64,000 nucleotides of DNA from positions 126,666,001 to 126,730,000 of the forward strand of contig OX597814.1 in NCBI GenBank assembly GCA_951406725.2, written 5' to 3'. The notes under the pieces are model-generated. The model saw only the letters and a program-made list of their open reading frames with translations, did not search any database and was not told the DNA's origin. Below, one piece after another: positions 12,299 to 25,545 of this stretch. The position numbers and the translations under genes are program-made. The DNA comes from Octopus vulgaris. Its lineage: Eukaryota. Position 1 is the stretch's first letter. Each line of letters starts with the position of its first letter.

Positions 12299-12724
12299 TT
12301 TACAAGAAAGTGGGAGGAGGTATTTTGGTAAGAAAGATGAATAGGGTGGGAACAGTCATGTATACACTATACAGCAACAGTCCATCCAGTCATCTATACA
12401 CTGTCAATCAGGTCAATCATTCTACCACTATCCAATAAAAAAGACTCTGTATGGTCACTTGATCTGTTAAAACTAGCAATCAAATCTCCCTAAAATGATG
12501 CTGAAGGGAGATATTGGTCGACATAACTTTAGATCTACGAAAAGACAGGATAATCATGGCTGTAGTGTCTTTGCTTATAAATCTACTTCATCAGGATTTA
12601 CCTGTGGTTAAACAAGAACCTTGTCATAATTTGTGTTAATCTTCCTTGTTTTTATCTTCATTTAGTTTCCTTGTTAAAAATCTATCAACCCAGTCAAAAT
12701 GTTCATGCGGTGTCTATATATCTA

Positions 12725-13357
12725 CCTTCACACTTGCACCAATCTTTTCCAGTCATGTTTGTAGTTGAGTGCTAATACCTCCAAGTGCACCAAGTACTAC
12801 TGGTATCACATCTACTCTCCTCATCGACCACAACCTTCATATTTCCTACTTCAAATTGTCGTAGTTGTTTATTTATTCTTCTTCTTTTACATTTATCCTG
12901 TTGTCACCAAGGTATGCTATGTTGATTATCATGCATGTTCTTTCTTTTTTATTCACCACAACACTGTCCAGTTTCTGATGTCTGGTTAGGTGATCGCACT
13001 GAATCATAGCATCCCACAGGATTTTGCAACTTTCATTCTTGGTGACTCCCTCTGGGGTTTGCTCATACTATGTCTTTGCTCTTTGTAGGCTGTGATTCCC
13101 ACAGAGCTCCCAATGGATCATTCTTGCCACATTTTCATGGCATTTTGTATTCATGTGCCAATTTTTGGAATTCACTAACGGTGTGTGATACCATTTCACT
13201 CCTCTCGCCACACATTCTGCATTTGTTGCTGTCTGTAGTGTTGTCTATTCTGCACCTCACATAGTTGGTCCTTAATGTTTGTTCTTGAGCTGCACATATG
13301 AGTGCTTCTGTCTCTATCTTCAGGTCACTCCTCTTGATCCATAGCCACTGCTCCTCT
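12725..13357 (-). mobile_element. R4/Dong-clade non-LTR retrotransposon 3' fragment (CCHC + REL endonuclease)
   Basis: WLWIKRSDLKIETEALICAAQEQTLRTNY...CRMC...H...C-like knuckle; KILWD; VIPVVLGALG; stops present. Confidence 0.85.
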
Positions 13358-14425
13358 GACCCCAATGCTCTGATGACAATAGGGATAACCTTTATGTTCG
13401 ACTCTCATTACTGCCACATTTTAGCAATCTCAATTCTCAGGTCTCCATATTTATCAACTTTTTCTCTCTTCTTTCATGATGATGTGTTGATTTCCTGGCA
13501 CTGATACATCGATTATTAGGCATGCTTGTTTGTCCTTCCTAAAGGTTACTGTATCTGGCCTTCAGTGCTTTAACACTTTGTCTGGAAATCAAAATCGCAG
13601 AGGATTTTTGCCTTCTCCTTTTCCAGTGTATGTTGGTACTAATCACCTGTAAACTCATATCCATACTTACAGCATAGTAGCCAGTGGAGGTTTTGGGCTA
13701 CTTTGTTGTGTCTATGCTCATACTCTTTCTGCACAAGACTTTAACAAGCACTAACAATGTGAGTTACACTTTCGACCCTCTTCTCACACATTCGGCAGAA
13801 GTCCAATGCACTTGTGTGGTATATATTTTTCACTGAGTTGATATTCAATACCTGGTTCTGGGCCATGATGATTAGGCTTTCAGTATTCTTTTTTAGGTTG
13901 CCCTTGTTCAGCCACCTTCATGATGATTCCTGGTCTTTTAATTTGTTGGTTTCATAGTGAAACTGATCATGTAATTCCATATGGAGTAGGGTTTCTTCTC
14001 TCTTGCTGGCTGTTCTTATTCAGAATTTAGGAGCACTCTCAACTCCATTTTTGTTAACTCCTTCTGCACTAGCAGTATACTGTAGTCTGTCTTCTTTGCT
14101 ATTTACCAAATATTCTGCCATGTTTCTTCTTTCACTGTTGATACACTCCCATACACTAATCAGCTCACGTCCACCTTCACCTCTCTTCACGTAGAGCCTG
14201 TGTACATTTGCCTTAGGGTGGAGGGTACCATGCATTGTCATTGTCTTTCGGGTAGTGCGATTGAGTTGATCAATCTCCGCCTGTGTCCATCTCATGATGG
14301 GTGCATTATAGTGGACTACAGCAACAGCCCATATGTTGATGGCAGTCACAAGGTTCTTTGAGTTGAGCTTTGATTTCAAGAGAAGTTTGAGGCACTTGAA
14401 ATATGCAGTGATGACCTTGTCTTTC
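13358..14425 (-). mobile_element. Second R4/Dong-clade fragment (RT thumb, CCHC, REL endonuclease)
   Basis: KSKLNSKNLVTAINIWAV...LHPKANVHRLYVKRGEGGRELI; later RPDTV...IIDVSVP...KVDKYGDL...VIPIVIRALGS. Confidence 0.85.
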
Positions 14426-14469
14426 ATTATCATCATTATTTATTATTATCATTATTATTATTATTATTA

Positions 14470-14780
14470 ATTTTTTTTTTCTTTCTTTCTTCAAATTTTC
14501 TTCCGTTTCTTGCCGAGTGTTTTCCATACACCTAGGGCAGAGAAGCTCATTGTATGCATTCCCAGATTACACATGCAAATTCACAGGTAAAATATGTATT
14601 TAAAAACTTAATAAATAAATAAATAAATTCATGAATGGATGTTGTTTTCACAGCGATAATGCTCTTCTCAGTACATGAGCCATTCCAGTTAACACAATTT
14701 TTTGCACTTCCTGTAGGGATGGTAAGCCTGGTATCATTTTCAAATAGGTTTCAGTACCTTTCTTTATCATTCTTAGTTAT
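14470..14780 (-). mobile_element. Third R4/Dong-type 3' end in (TAA)n
   Basis: MIKKGTETYLKMIPGLPSLQEVQKIVLTGMAHVLRRALSL*, then a 3' UTR and A-rich tail, with (TAA)n tracts on both sides. Confidence 0.75.
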
Positions 14781-16319
14781 TATTATTATTATTATTATTA
14801 TTATTTAGTGAGAGGTTAGACACTGCTCATAAACTCTATAGACTTCATCTTAAACTTCTGCAGGCAAATACCAACAGGAAAAACATATAACTAAAATTTG
14901 AGAAGATAGCAGTTTGAGTGAGGGTAGGAGAGTATAAAAATGAGGTTTGTGAGGTGAAACAGCAGAGATGATGAGAAAAGAGGCAGGACCAACACCAAGA
15001 TATTTAGTACTCTTAGCTAGCTCTTCAATATGCCCCTGTCTCTCTATTTTCTTTTTTTCTATAGTTACCTTTCCATACTCACAAAATTATAATTAACTTT
15101 CAAAACATAAAATATACAGTTCCGTCATCATGTGTATCACTGAGTAAATCTGTTTATTTGACAAAGTTTGAAATGTTTCATGCCAAATCAGGTGACAGGT
15201 CATAATATCACATGGTCCTCTTCTCCACCCCATTCTGTCCTCTGTTGTCATCTGTTTGAAGAGTGACCTCACCTGCTTGCTTCACCAGAGACTGAGACAT
15301 CATTTCAAAAGTTTTAGATGTGTATCATCCAGTTTTTGTGACGTAAGGTGAGATCACCTTGAAAGGCTGTCAGAGATTGTGAGGCATCATTTTGAAAGTT
15401 TAAGACATGTATCATTGATAAGTTGAAAAAAAATTGTAGTGCATAGCTATGTGGTTAAGATGCTCACTTAGAAACCACGTTGCTTCAGGTTCAATCCCTT
15501 GGGCAAGTGCCTTCTACTACTGCCTCAGGCCAACCAGTGTCGTGTGAGTGAATTTAGTACATGGGGACTGTGTGAAGCCTGTCAAATATGTGAGCATGTA
15601 TCTTTGTGCCTGTTTTGTTCTCCCATACTGCTAACAACTGGTGCTGGTTTGTTCACATCCTCATAGCTTAGTGGTTCAACAAAAAGCCCAATAGACTTAA
15701 AAGAAAATAAGTACTGTGGGTGATTTATTATGCTTAAACCCTGTAATGTGGTGCTCCTGCATGGCTGCAGTCCAATGACTTAAATAAGTAAAAGATAAAG
15801 ATAGAAGATATTACAAGGCTGTATCCTCCAGTGTATGTCTGGTGTGAAGTGGTTAGAGGATTAGATGACATCTGTGGGCAGAAAATTTAGGAGAGAAAGA
15901 TAGCATCATAAACACTGAGGGTTGTCAAGAGTTAGAGAAAACAATAACTGGGACGTTCATGAGCAAAAGAAGTGTGCAATAGATATAGCTGAGCCTTAGG
16001 GAATGACAGAGTGCAGGTCAGAGAAAGCTCCACTAATACTGCAATAAAGCAGTCTAACAAAAATGTTTCTAATCGAGAGTTTGCCCACAGATAAGTGGGT
16101 AACTTAGAGAAGATAATCTCATGTGAAATACAAAAATTTTGCTGAAGTAAAATGAAACGACTTAGCTCTTTCCAAAGTTCTTAAAGGTGAGAGATCACAG
16201 GTGTGTGATATGAAGTTTATCATCATTATCATTATCATTTAATGTTCTTTTCCATGCTGGCTTGGGTTGGACAGTTTGACAGGAGCTGACCAGCTGAAGA
16301 GCGGCCCAGGTTCCCTGTC

Positions 16320-16493
16320 GTTATTGTTATTGTTAAGCAACAAGACGGGTAAGGGTGATTAGGTGATGGGGAAAAAAAAACTTTGGTCGTCTTGTTGTAG
16401 TCGAGGGCTCTTCGTTGATGCCCGATACCACTGGGAGGTGGCCCTTGAAGTTGCTGGAAATCGAGATCTCCAGGTCCAAATTCTTGAACGGCA
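16320..16493 (-). mobile_element. Young unclassified retroposed insert
   Basis: 12-bp TSD aggttccctgtc (16308-16319, 16494-16505), (AATAAC)n tail on the minus strand, CpGs retained. Confidence 0.75.
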
Positions 16494-17371
16494 AGGTTCC
16501 CTGTCTGTTTTGGCATGGTTTCTACAGCTGGATGCTCTTCCTGACACCAACCACTTTACAGAGTGTAGTGGATGCTTTCACACAGCCCTGGCATGGATGC
16601 ATTTATGTGGCACTGGTACAAGTGCTTTTTACATGGCACTAGCACCCACAAGCCCACAAAATTATGACTGCTCAGCTGGAGAAAGATGCAGGGAACAAAC
16701 CGGAATGCAAGGACAACCATGATTTTACTTAGCTTGATGTGTCTTCCCAAATGTGGTAAACTGCCAGGAGTCCTGGATCCCCTGTCACCCACTCTGGGAG
16801 TCTCAATGTCTGAAGATCCTTTCTCACCACTTCATCCCATATCTTCCTGAGTCTACTTCTTCCTTAGGTTCCCTCCACATACACACTATGTCTTTTAAAT
16901 AACCAATTAGCATGTCTCTCATCAAAGTATATTTTTCAATTATTTAATAGGTTGGATTCATTACTGACAACCCATTAACATCAATTGTTTGAAGCTTCAT
17001 TAATATTAAATTGTACATAATTGCTTAAATTTTTTTTTTTTTTTTTTGCATTTTTGCATTTCTTGTGATTATATATATTTTATTTTTCAATGGCCGTGGT
17101 GTCCTACTGTGAGCAGGGACAGTTGGCTGTTATAGAAATGGTACACAAAACATAACAGGTGGGTGTATGGTGAATAGAGTACAAATTCAGTGAATGTGAA
17201 AAGAAAACGATGTGGGAGGAGTAAAAAGAAAAAGAAAGAAATATACAAAATTACATTTGACATACATTTGTCATTAGACACAATAGAAATGATCTAAAGA
17301 TATGTTCACTTATATGCACAGGCCAATAAGGTGTGACTGCTTTCATGTCTTTGGGTATGGTGTGTGTGTGT

Positions 17372-17415
<44 letters not shown>

Positions 17416-17697
17416 GTCTATACACAATATATGTGGTACATACACATATGTATGTGAATATCTATCTATCTATCTATATATATATATATATACTTGTCAT
17501 CCTCTATTCAAAAGGAATCAAATAAAAAGAATCCCATACTGCTAACAACTGGTACAGTAAATCTAAAAATGACACAGCCAGCAAAGAAAAAACTGGTTCA
17601 TGTTAGCCATTCAATAGACCAACTTTTATCGCAACATAAGTTAAGCTATAACAATGTTGCTTCTGTCATAACTTACATTAACCTATGACACTTTATC

Positions 17698-18110
17698 AGA
17701 GTTTAAGGCAAGGTATGAGTTGCCCCCTACATCTTTCATGTGCTGGCTCCAAGTGCCCTACCTTGGCACACTTCCTCAGCAGGCAAGCTAAAGTATGTAA
17801 GGGTATTGATACTGCACGACTAGGTGGGTGGAGGAGCTGAGGCAACAGCCAATGACTAGATAGTAGAGTCTCAAAAAGACCAACAACAAATGTCTGTGGC
17901 TGAATGCAACTCATCCTATACTTGGATGTGGACCTCAGCTAACAACCAATAGGGACAGCTCTATTTACAATCTCATCCCAAATGCAAGTGGTTGGGCTTG
18001 CACCCTGTCCCCAGAAAAGACCACAAGCTACAAAAGCAGTGCAAAGTGCAAAAACCTACTGGAGTACTTTGATTGCTTCATGCAGCACCTCACATGGGAA
18101 CACCTAAGTA
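17698..18110 (+). mobile_element. Probable LINE 5' UTR fragment (dispersed repeat)
   Basis: 17698-17890 is the reverse complement of ~4820-4991 and similar to 11240-11410. ggttgggcttgcaccctgtccc resembles LINE 5' UTR motifs. Confidence 0.5.
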
Positions 18111-18157
18111 AATTAGTAAAATTGCTATATTTGTCATTAGATTGTGATGATGTTTGT

Positions 18158-18556
18158 ATTTTCTTTATTGCCCGCAAGGGGCTAAACATAGAGGGAACAA
18201 ACAAGAACGAAGGGATTAAGTCGATTATATTGACCCCAGTGCATAACTGGTACTTAATTTATCGACCCCGAAAGGATGAAAGGCAAAGTCGACCTCGGCA
18301 AAATTTGAACTCAGAACGTAGCGGCAGACAAAATACCTATTTCTTTACTACCTACAAAGGGCTAAACACAGAAGGGGACAAACAAGGACAGACAAACGGA
18401 TTAAGTCGATTATATTAACCCCAGTGCATAACTGCTACTTAATTTATCGACCCCGAGAGGATGAAAGGCAAAGTCAACCTCGGCGGAATTTGAACTCAGA
18501 ACGTAATGGCAGACAAAATACCGCTAAGCATTTCACCCAGCGTGCTAACATTTCTA
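18158..18556 (-). mobile_element. SINE family A, partial-dimer form
   Basis: Same tail-to-internal junction (aaagaaataggtattt) as 9071-9458. Confidence 0.85.
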
Positions 18557-20539
18557 TATGATGTATAATGGTGATGATGTTTGTGTACAAATATGTGTGT
18601 GTGTGCATGTGTCTGTGTGTATACATATCTGTATGTAGTGCATCTGTTGAGAAGAAAATATACATACTGGGAGAATAGTTCACTACTGTTGTTGGAAATA
18701 ATTGCTTATGAAAAAGTCAGGCATCTAATAAAAGATAGTTTGGTGAACTCATATTACTTCTTGCGTGTGCATGGTCTCAGTCCAGCTAGTTAGAGGTATG
18801 ATTGTTATGGTGGTCGCTGTTTTCTCTAGTGGTATCTGGGTTACAAGTAAAAGGTGATTTTGTTATCCCAGTGGGTCTACTGGCCATTGTTTATATACCT
18901 GATTCTTTCCATCTGTTGTCCATAACTGCTTTCTTCATGATAAATTATAATGTTACAATAGCAAAACAGAGACAGAGGATCTCATCATAATTATTTAATC
19001 TGTTAAAAATAACAGTAAAATCTTCAAATCACACTCTATATGGGAAGATGACGTTTACCCAAGATAATGTAATCTTGGAATATAATGTCTTAATCAAATA
19101 TGCACTAATCAGAGTCTTTGAGCCAACAAGCAAACCTCTACTTGGTCACTCACCCTGTTAGAAATAGCAACCAAATCCCCCTGTGATCAGAGATCTGTTC
19201 AGTCATGATTGACCCAGGGCTACACAGAAGCAACAAGTTGGACAGCTTCATTGTATGTTGACCTACTTATGACAGAATGTATTGACTCAAGGAAAATTCT
19301 AAAGTTTCATAACACACATATATAGTGTATTAGTCACTCTCAGCCCAAGTAAAAACTGTAGGTCACAGTATATGGTTCTTAGCGTTGTTTAGCACCAGGT
19401 CAGCCTTGATCAAACGGACATACTTTTAAAAGCATTTATGATTAAAAGCACTCTAACTGTGACTATTCTACTCTTTTACTCTCTTACTTGTTTCAGTCAT
19501 TTGACTGTGGCCATGCTAGAGCACCACCTTTAGTCGAGCAAATCAACCTCAGGACTTAATCTTTGTAAGCCTAGTACTTATTCTATCGGTCTCTTTTGCT
19601 GAAGCACAAGGTTACGGGGACGTAAATACACCAGTTGTCAAGTGATGTTGGGTGGACAAACACAGACACACAAACATATACACACACACATACATATGTA
19701 TATATATACACATATACAACATTGTTTTCGGATGGTGTGGATCAAATTATAGTCTTAAAACTTTCTTCATCTTTCATTCTTGTAACTCAGGGAATGGATT
19801 TGAATGTCGATACCAAGGCACACTGACACACAAGCAACCCATTCACAAAGGCAAGGACACTCACCATAAGATAAATAGATAAGAAGCGTTTACACACACA
19901 CCTCTTGCAGAATCCACATTGCACACATACACAGATGCATGTGAATGCACATGCAAGCACACAAGTGCTCACACACACACACATGCATTCCCTATTGTAC
20001 ACTTATAGAATCCACATCCTGTCACACAGACATGCATGCGCTTACATACATGCGCATGCATTCACACACATACATTCTCTCTCTCTCTCTCTCAGACATT
20101 CTCACTCACATCCCCATAGATATAAATATTGACATTATAAACTAGGAGACAAACAGACTGGCAGTAGAAAGGAAGCATGTCATTGATGAGGGTGCAAATG
20201 CCATCAAAAAAGACTTTGACAAACCTAACTGATCAATTAATCATTGATTCATTATTGAGCTGCTTCTAAGAATTTGAATTTATTCTATATGTGCAACACT
20301 ATTGCCAGTAAGCAAATAGTTTTCATACTATTCAACCGGAAGTCTATCCTCTGACCTCTATCAGATGTCTCTCCCATGAACACCTCCAAAGGCTTTATGT
20401 TACCCCTTCTCTACTTAGGGCTTATCTCCTATGTAATGTAGTGATTATGTAGTGCATAAAAATGATGGTGTAGTATATGCAAGTTGAAGGTTATTGTATG
20501 TTTATGAGTTCTGCCAAATGCGAGCTTTCTTTTCAGATA

Positions 20540-23500
20540 CATGACACTACTGTCCCCCGTCCCAGAGTCTCAAGGGCCCATACCTCCCACACCCTCAGGG
20601 TTGGCACACTGAAAGGTAGGTCTGGTGAGATTGTTGAGATGCTTGAACAGAGACGTGTAGATTTGTGCTGCATCCAAGAAGTAAGGTGAAGAGGAAGTCC
20701 TGCTAGGTTCCTCACAGGCAAAGAACATAAGTATAAGATTTTCTGAGCAGGGAACACTGATGGGGTCTCACTCACATCCCCATAAATATACTTCTTGCAG
20801 AGAAATGAGTTGATAAGGTAATCGAGGTAGTCAGAGTCTGTGATAGAATACTTATGATTAGATTAGTGCTGCAACATGGGTTAGCAACCATTATTTTGGC
20901 CTATGCCCCTCGGCTGGGGCTACCTTATGAACAGAAAGACTGGTTTTATGATACCCTCTTGCAGACTACCTCGTCAACGAAAGACAGGGACCTTCTCTTT
21001 GTGGCTGGTGACTTCAAAGGGCATCTTGGACAACATGCAGGGGGCTTCCACGTGGAGGCTATGGTTTTGGTTCCTGCAATGAGGAGGGAACCAGGCTGCT
21101 GGAGTTCTGCATTGCAAATGATCTTGTGGTTTGTAATACTAACTTCAGGAAACCTGCCAGTCACCTATTCACCTACCGATATAGTGGACACATGAGTCAA
21201 ATTGACTACATCCTCGCCAGGATACAGATAAGATGGCTACTTATAAATGCAAAGACCTTCCCAGGTTAAGAATGTACCCCACAACATAGATTAGTAGTTA
21301 GCAACTTCAGGATCAGGGCTAAATGGACGCCCAGAAGATGACCAGCATGGAGAAGAAGAGTCTGGAAGATTAAGGATCCTGCAAATGAACAGAGATTTAG
21401 AGATATATTACTCGAAGCTTTTGACAAAATAGAAGGGGATCTAGCATCACATTATGTGGAAGACAACTGGAGGTTTCTACAGGACAACCTGTTGAGAGCC
21501 ACTGACCAGATCTGTAGATGGGGCAAAGTCCCCTCTCAACCCGAGTTAATGTGGTGGTGGGACAATGTAGTTGAACGGGTCATTAGAGAAAAGAAACTGG
21601 CATGGAAGGACTGGAGGAATGGTGGTAGCAGGGAATTGTATCAGAGTGCCAGAAAGGAAGCTAGGAGACTGGTTTACTTAGCCAGAGGGGAAGCAGATAA
21701 GAAAAACTTTGCAATGTCCTGCACCGTGAGGACCAATGACTTAAAGTGTTTTGTATTGCAAGACAGTGTATGAGAGAGAACCATGATGTCATAGGAGAGA
21801 AATGTGTCTGCATGAATGATGGCTTACTTGCATTTACTTCAAGGAGAGACTAGGAGATGCCACTATGAAAGGTTGCTAAATAAAGAGAATGAATGGGAGA
21901 AAGAGAGTCTGCCAAATGTTAACCCAACAGAGGGATCAGCTATCCAAATTGATAGTACCTTGGTAGATAAAGCAATTAAGGGTATGAAGACACGGAAAGC
22001 CCCCGGCCCATCAGGAATCACTGCAGAGATGCTTAAAATATCTGGCGGTGTTGGCTATAGCCTAGTCACCTGTATAGTCAACCAGGTGATACAAGAAGGA
22101 GTCATACCCAATGACTGGTGTGGCAGCACCATAGTCAACTGCTACAAAGCTAAAGGTGATGCATTAGATACGAATAATTACAGAGGTATCAAGTTATTGG
22201 ATCAGGTAATGAAAGGCACAGAGAGGGTCATAGCCCAATTGATTAGAGAAGGAGTAAGCCTAGACGAGATACAGTTTGGTTTCGTGCCAGGGAAAAGCAC
22301 CACTGATGCCATATTTATGGTAAGACAGCTGCAGGAGAAATACCTAGCCAAAGATACACCTCTGTACCTGGTTTTCGTTGACATGGAGAAAGCCTTTGAT
22401 AGGGTCCCCAGTCCCTTATCTGGTGGTCTAAGCGGAAACTAGGGATAGATGAATGTTTAGTGAGAGCTGTACAAGCCATGTACAGGAATGCTGTCAGTAA
22501 GGTGAGGGTTGGCAATGAGTGTAGCAAAGAATTCAAGTTATAAGTAGGTGTTCACCAAGGATCAGTCCTCAGCCCCCTCCTATTCATCATAGTCCTCCAA
22601 GCAATAACAAAGGAATTCAAGACAGGATGCCCCTGGGAGCTTCTCTATGCTGATGACTTTACTCTAGTAGCTGAGTCACTATCAGAACTAGAGGAGTTTC
22701 AGGTACGGAAGCAAGGTCTAGAATCGAAGGGCCTTAGAGTCAACCTAGCTAAAACCAAAGTCTTAATAAGTAGGAAGGCAGATAAACCATAAATTCCTTC
22801 AGGTTGATGACCCTTCATGATCTGTAGAAAAGGTGTAGGTAGAAACTCCATAAGATGTACCCAGTGTAAGCTATGGATATGTAAGAGGTGCAGCAATATC
22901 AAAGGAAGGCTAACTAGGAAGATAGTTTTTGTATGTGGCAGATGCTCAGGAGCAATAAACACTGAAAATGTGCAGAGAACAACTTGTGCCACATTCCAGG
23001 GAGAAAAACTATAAGTAGTTGATAGCTTCCATTACCTAGGTGACCAAGTAATTAGGAGGGGTCAGTGTACTGAAAGTGTAGCTGCTAGAATAGGAATAGC
23101 TTGGGCAAAGTTCAGAGAGCTCGTACCTCTGCTGGTGACAAAGAACCTCTCGCTCAGAGTAAAAGGTAGACTGTATGATGTGTGTGAACAGCCATGCTGC
23201 ATTGCAGTGAAATATGGGCCGTGACTGCTAAGGACATGCGTAAGCTTGCAAGGAATGAAGCCAGTATGCTCTGCTGGATGTGTAATGTCAGTGTGCATAC
23301 ACGACGGAGTGTAAGCACCCTGAGAGAAATGTTGGACTCAAGAAGCATCAGATGTGGTGTGCAAGAGAGACACCAGCGCTGGTATGGTCATGTGTTGCAT
23401 ATGGATGAGGACAGCTGTGTGAAAAAGTGTCACACCCTAGCAGTTGAGGGTACCTGTGGAAGAGGTAGCCCCAGGAAGACCTGGGATGAGGTGGTGAAGC

Positions 23501-24008
23501 ACAACCTTGAAACGTTGGGCCTCACCAAAGTGATGACAAGTGACTAAGACCTTTGAAGATATGTTGTGCTTGAGAAAACCCAGCAAGCCAAGTGAGACTG
23601 TAACTGTGGCCTATACCAGTGCAGCATAACAAGCCCATTTAAGAGTACCCTTCAATCATTGGGCAATAAACTGCGCTTGCAAAGACCTGTTGAGGCAAGT
23701 GAAATCATTGTTGTGGCCGATGACAGTACCATCTGATTGGCACCCATGCCAGTGGCATGTAAAAAGAACCATTTGAGTGTAGTCGTTGCCAGTGCCACCT
23801 AATTGGCCCTCATGTTGGTGGAACATAAAGAGTACTCACTACACTCTCAGAGTAGCTGACATTAGGAAGGGCAACCAGCTGTAGAAACTTTGCCAGATCA
23901 GATTGGAGCATGGTGCAGCCTTCTGGCTTGCCAGCCCTCAGTCAAACCATTCAACCCATGCTAGGATGGAAAGTGGACGTTAAATGACAATGAGGATGAT
24001 GATGATGA
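20540..24008 (+). mobile_element. Near full-length decayed RTE-clade LINE (APE endonuclease, RT, PHD-like finger, (GAT)n tail)
   Basis: APE motifs VGTL...DLCCIQEVR, AGDFKGH, QIDYIL. RT motifs YRGIKLL, QFGFVPGKSTTDA, FVDMEKAFDRVP, GVHQGSVLSP, LLYADD. C-terminus RWYGHVL...GRGSPRKTW. Many stops and frameshifts. Confidence 0.95.
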
Positions 24009-24319
24009 CTATTTATATATACATTTCAGGCTGGGAACTTCTATTTTGTTTCAGAAATAAGGTGAATACACAGCATTGATAAGCAACAAATAACTGCAAA
24101 ATCAGTATTTGTCAATCTTGTTTACTCACAGAGCTGTTTTGTTTTACCTAGCTTTGACGTATATTGCATTTTTTAACTCTATATATCTTTAAAGGGATCT
24201 TTCCCAGACAGAAGAACACAGTTCTTAGCATTTTAACAACTCACATACGTTAAGTATTAATTACTGATTATATGTACAGTATTAAGCTGCTTCTAACACA
24301 TAATTTGAATGTGTGTATG

Positions 24320-25105
24320 CATCATCATCACCATCTTCAGCATTTGACGTTGACTTTCCATGCTAGCATGGGTTGGATGGTTTGACAAGAACAAGCAAGT
24401 CAGTGTTTCTACAGCTGGATGCCCTTCCTAACACCAACCATTCTGTGAGTGTAGTGGGTGCTTTTTACGCACCACTGGCACAGGGGCCAGAAAAGGCTGG
24501 CAACAGCCACAATTGGTTGGTGCTTTTTACGTGCCACCAGCACAGAAGCCAGTCAAGGTGGCACTGGCATTGGCCATGTTTGGTTGGTGCTTTTTATGTG
24601 CCACTGGCATGGGTATCACAACTACAATTTCCATTTGATTTTTATTTTGATGTTGATGTACTTGACTCAATAGATCTCCTCAAGCACAGCAGGTCACCCT
24701 ACGATCCAAGGTAAGCACAGCAGGTTGTCCTACATTCCAAGGTACTTTTGAATGGGCTGGGGCTGGTTATGTGAAACTGGTGTAGGATACAACTATGAAC
24801 TCACTTTATTTGTCGGGTCTTCACAGTCACAGCATATCTCCAGAAGTCTTGGTCTTTTATCATTGCTTCTGTGAGGCCCAATGTTTGAAGGTCTTGCTCA
24901 TCCCATGTCTTCCTAGGTCTACCTCTACCCCGGATTCCTTCAACTGTTTGGGAGTGGCACTTCTTCACACACACCTCCTCCTCCATCCATAGTACATGAC
25001 CATACCAGCACAAACATCTCTCTTTCATGCCACATCCGATGCTCCTTATGTCCAACATTTCTCTCAGAGTGCTTACACTCTATCGGATGTGTGACATTAC
25101 ACATC
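24320..25105 (-). mobile_element. RTE LINE 3' fragment
   Basis: ORF 24801-25058 MLDIRSI...WYGHVL...GRGRPRKTW plus the 3' UTR and GAT tail. Confidence 0.9.
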
Positions 25106-25109
25106 CAAG

Positions 25110-25545
25110 CATTTTCAATTTGCCCCTTGGAGCATCCAACAGCTCCAAACAGACACAACACTCAATTCAGAAAAGCATTCTGTCATTCATAGACAAGGAT
25201 GCATGGCTCTCAAGAAGCCCCAGATCTCAACCAATTAGATTTTTCTGTTTGATCCATTTTGGAGACAAGGGTCTCGAGCACTCCTCATACTTTGCTCAAC
25301 ACACTGAAGATGAAACTGCATTAGGAATTGGCTTCAATTCCACATGAACAGCTGTGTGCCATATGTGAAGCATTTGCACCTAGGCTGTGATTCGAAACAG
25401 AGGTGGTCATATTGAATAAATGTGGTAGTATCATAATTGTGTTTCCTTTACCATTGCATTGCAATGCTCAGACCCAAAATGTAACAATATTTTGCTTTGA
25501 CAAAATTGAAAAAAATTGCTTGCTTTAATTTTGGGACAACCTGTA
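25110..25545 (+). mobile_element. Tc1/mariner (maT/DD37D-like) transposase 3' relic
   Basis: Frameshifted WLSRSPDLNQLDFSV*SILETRV...RGGHIE*, ending in ttttgggacaacctg-TA. Confidence 0.75.

Larger units (their letters stand above)
7969..12724 (+). repeat. Local segmental duplication, copy 2
   Basis: Diverged paralog of 3386-6570. It carries its own SINE insertions and ~2 kb (9000-10965) that copy 1 lacks. Confidence 0.9.
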
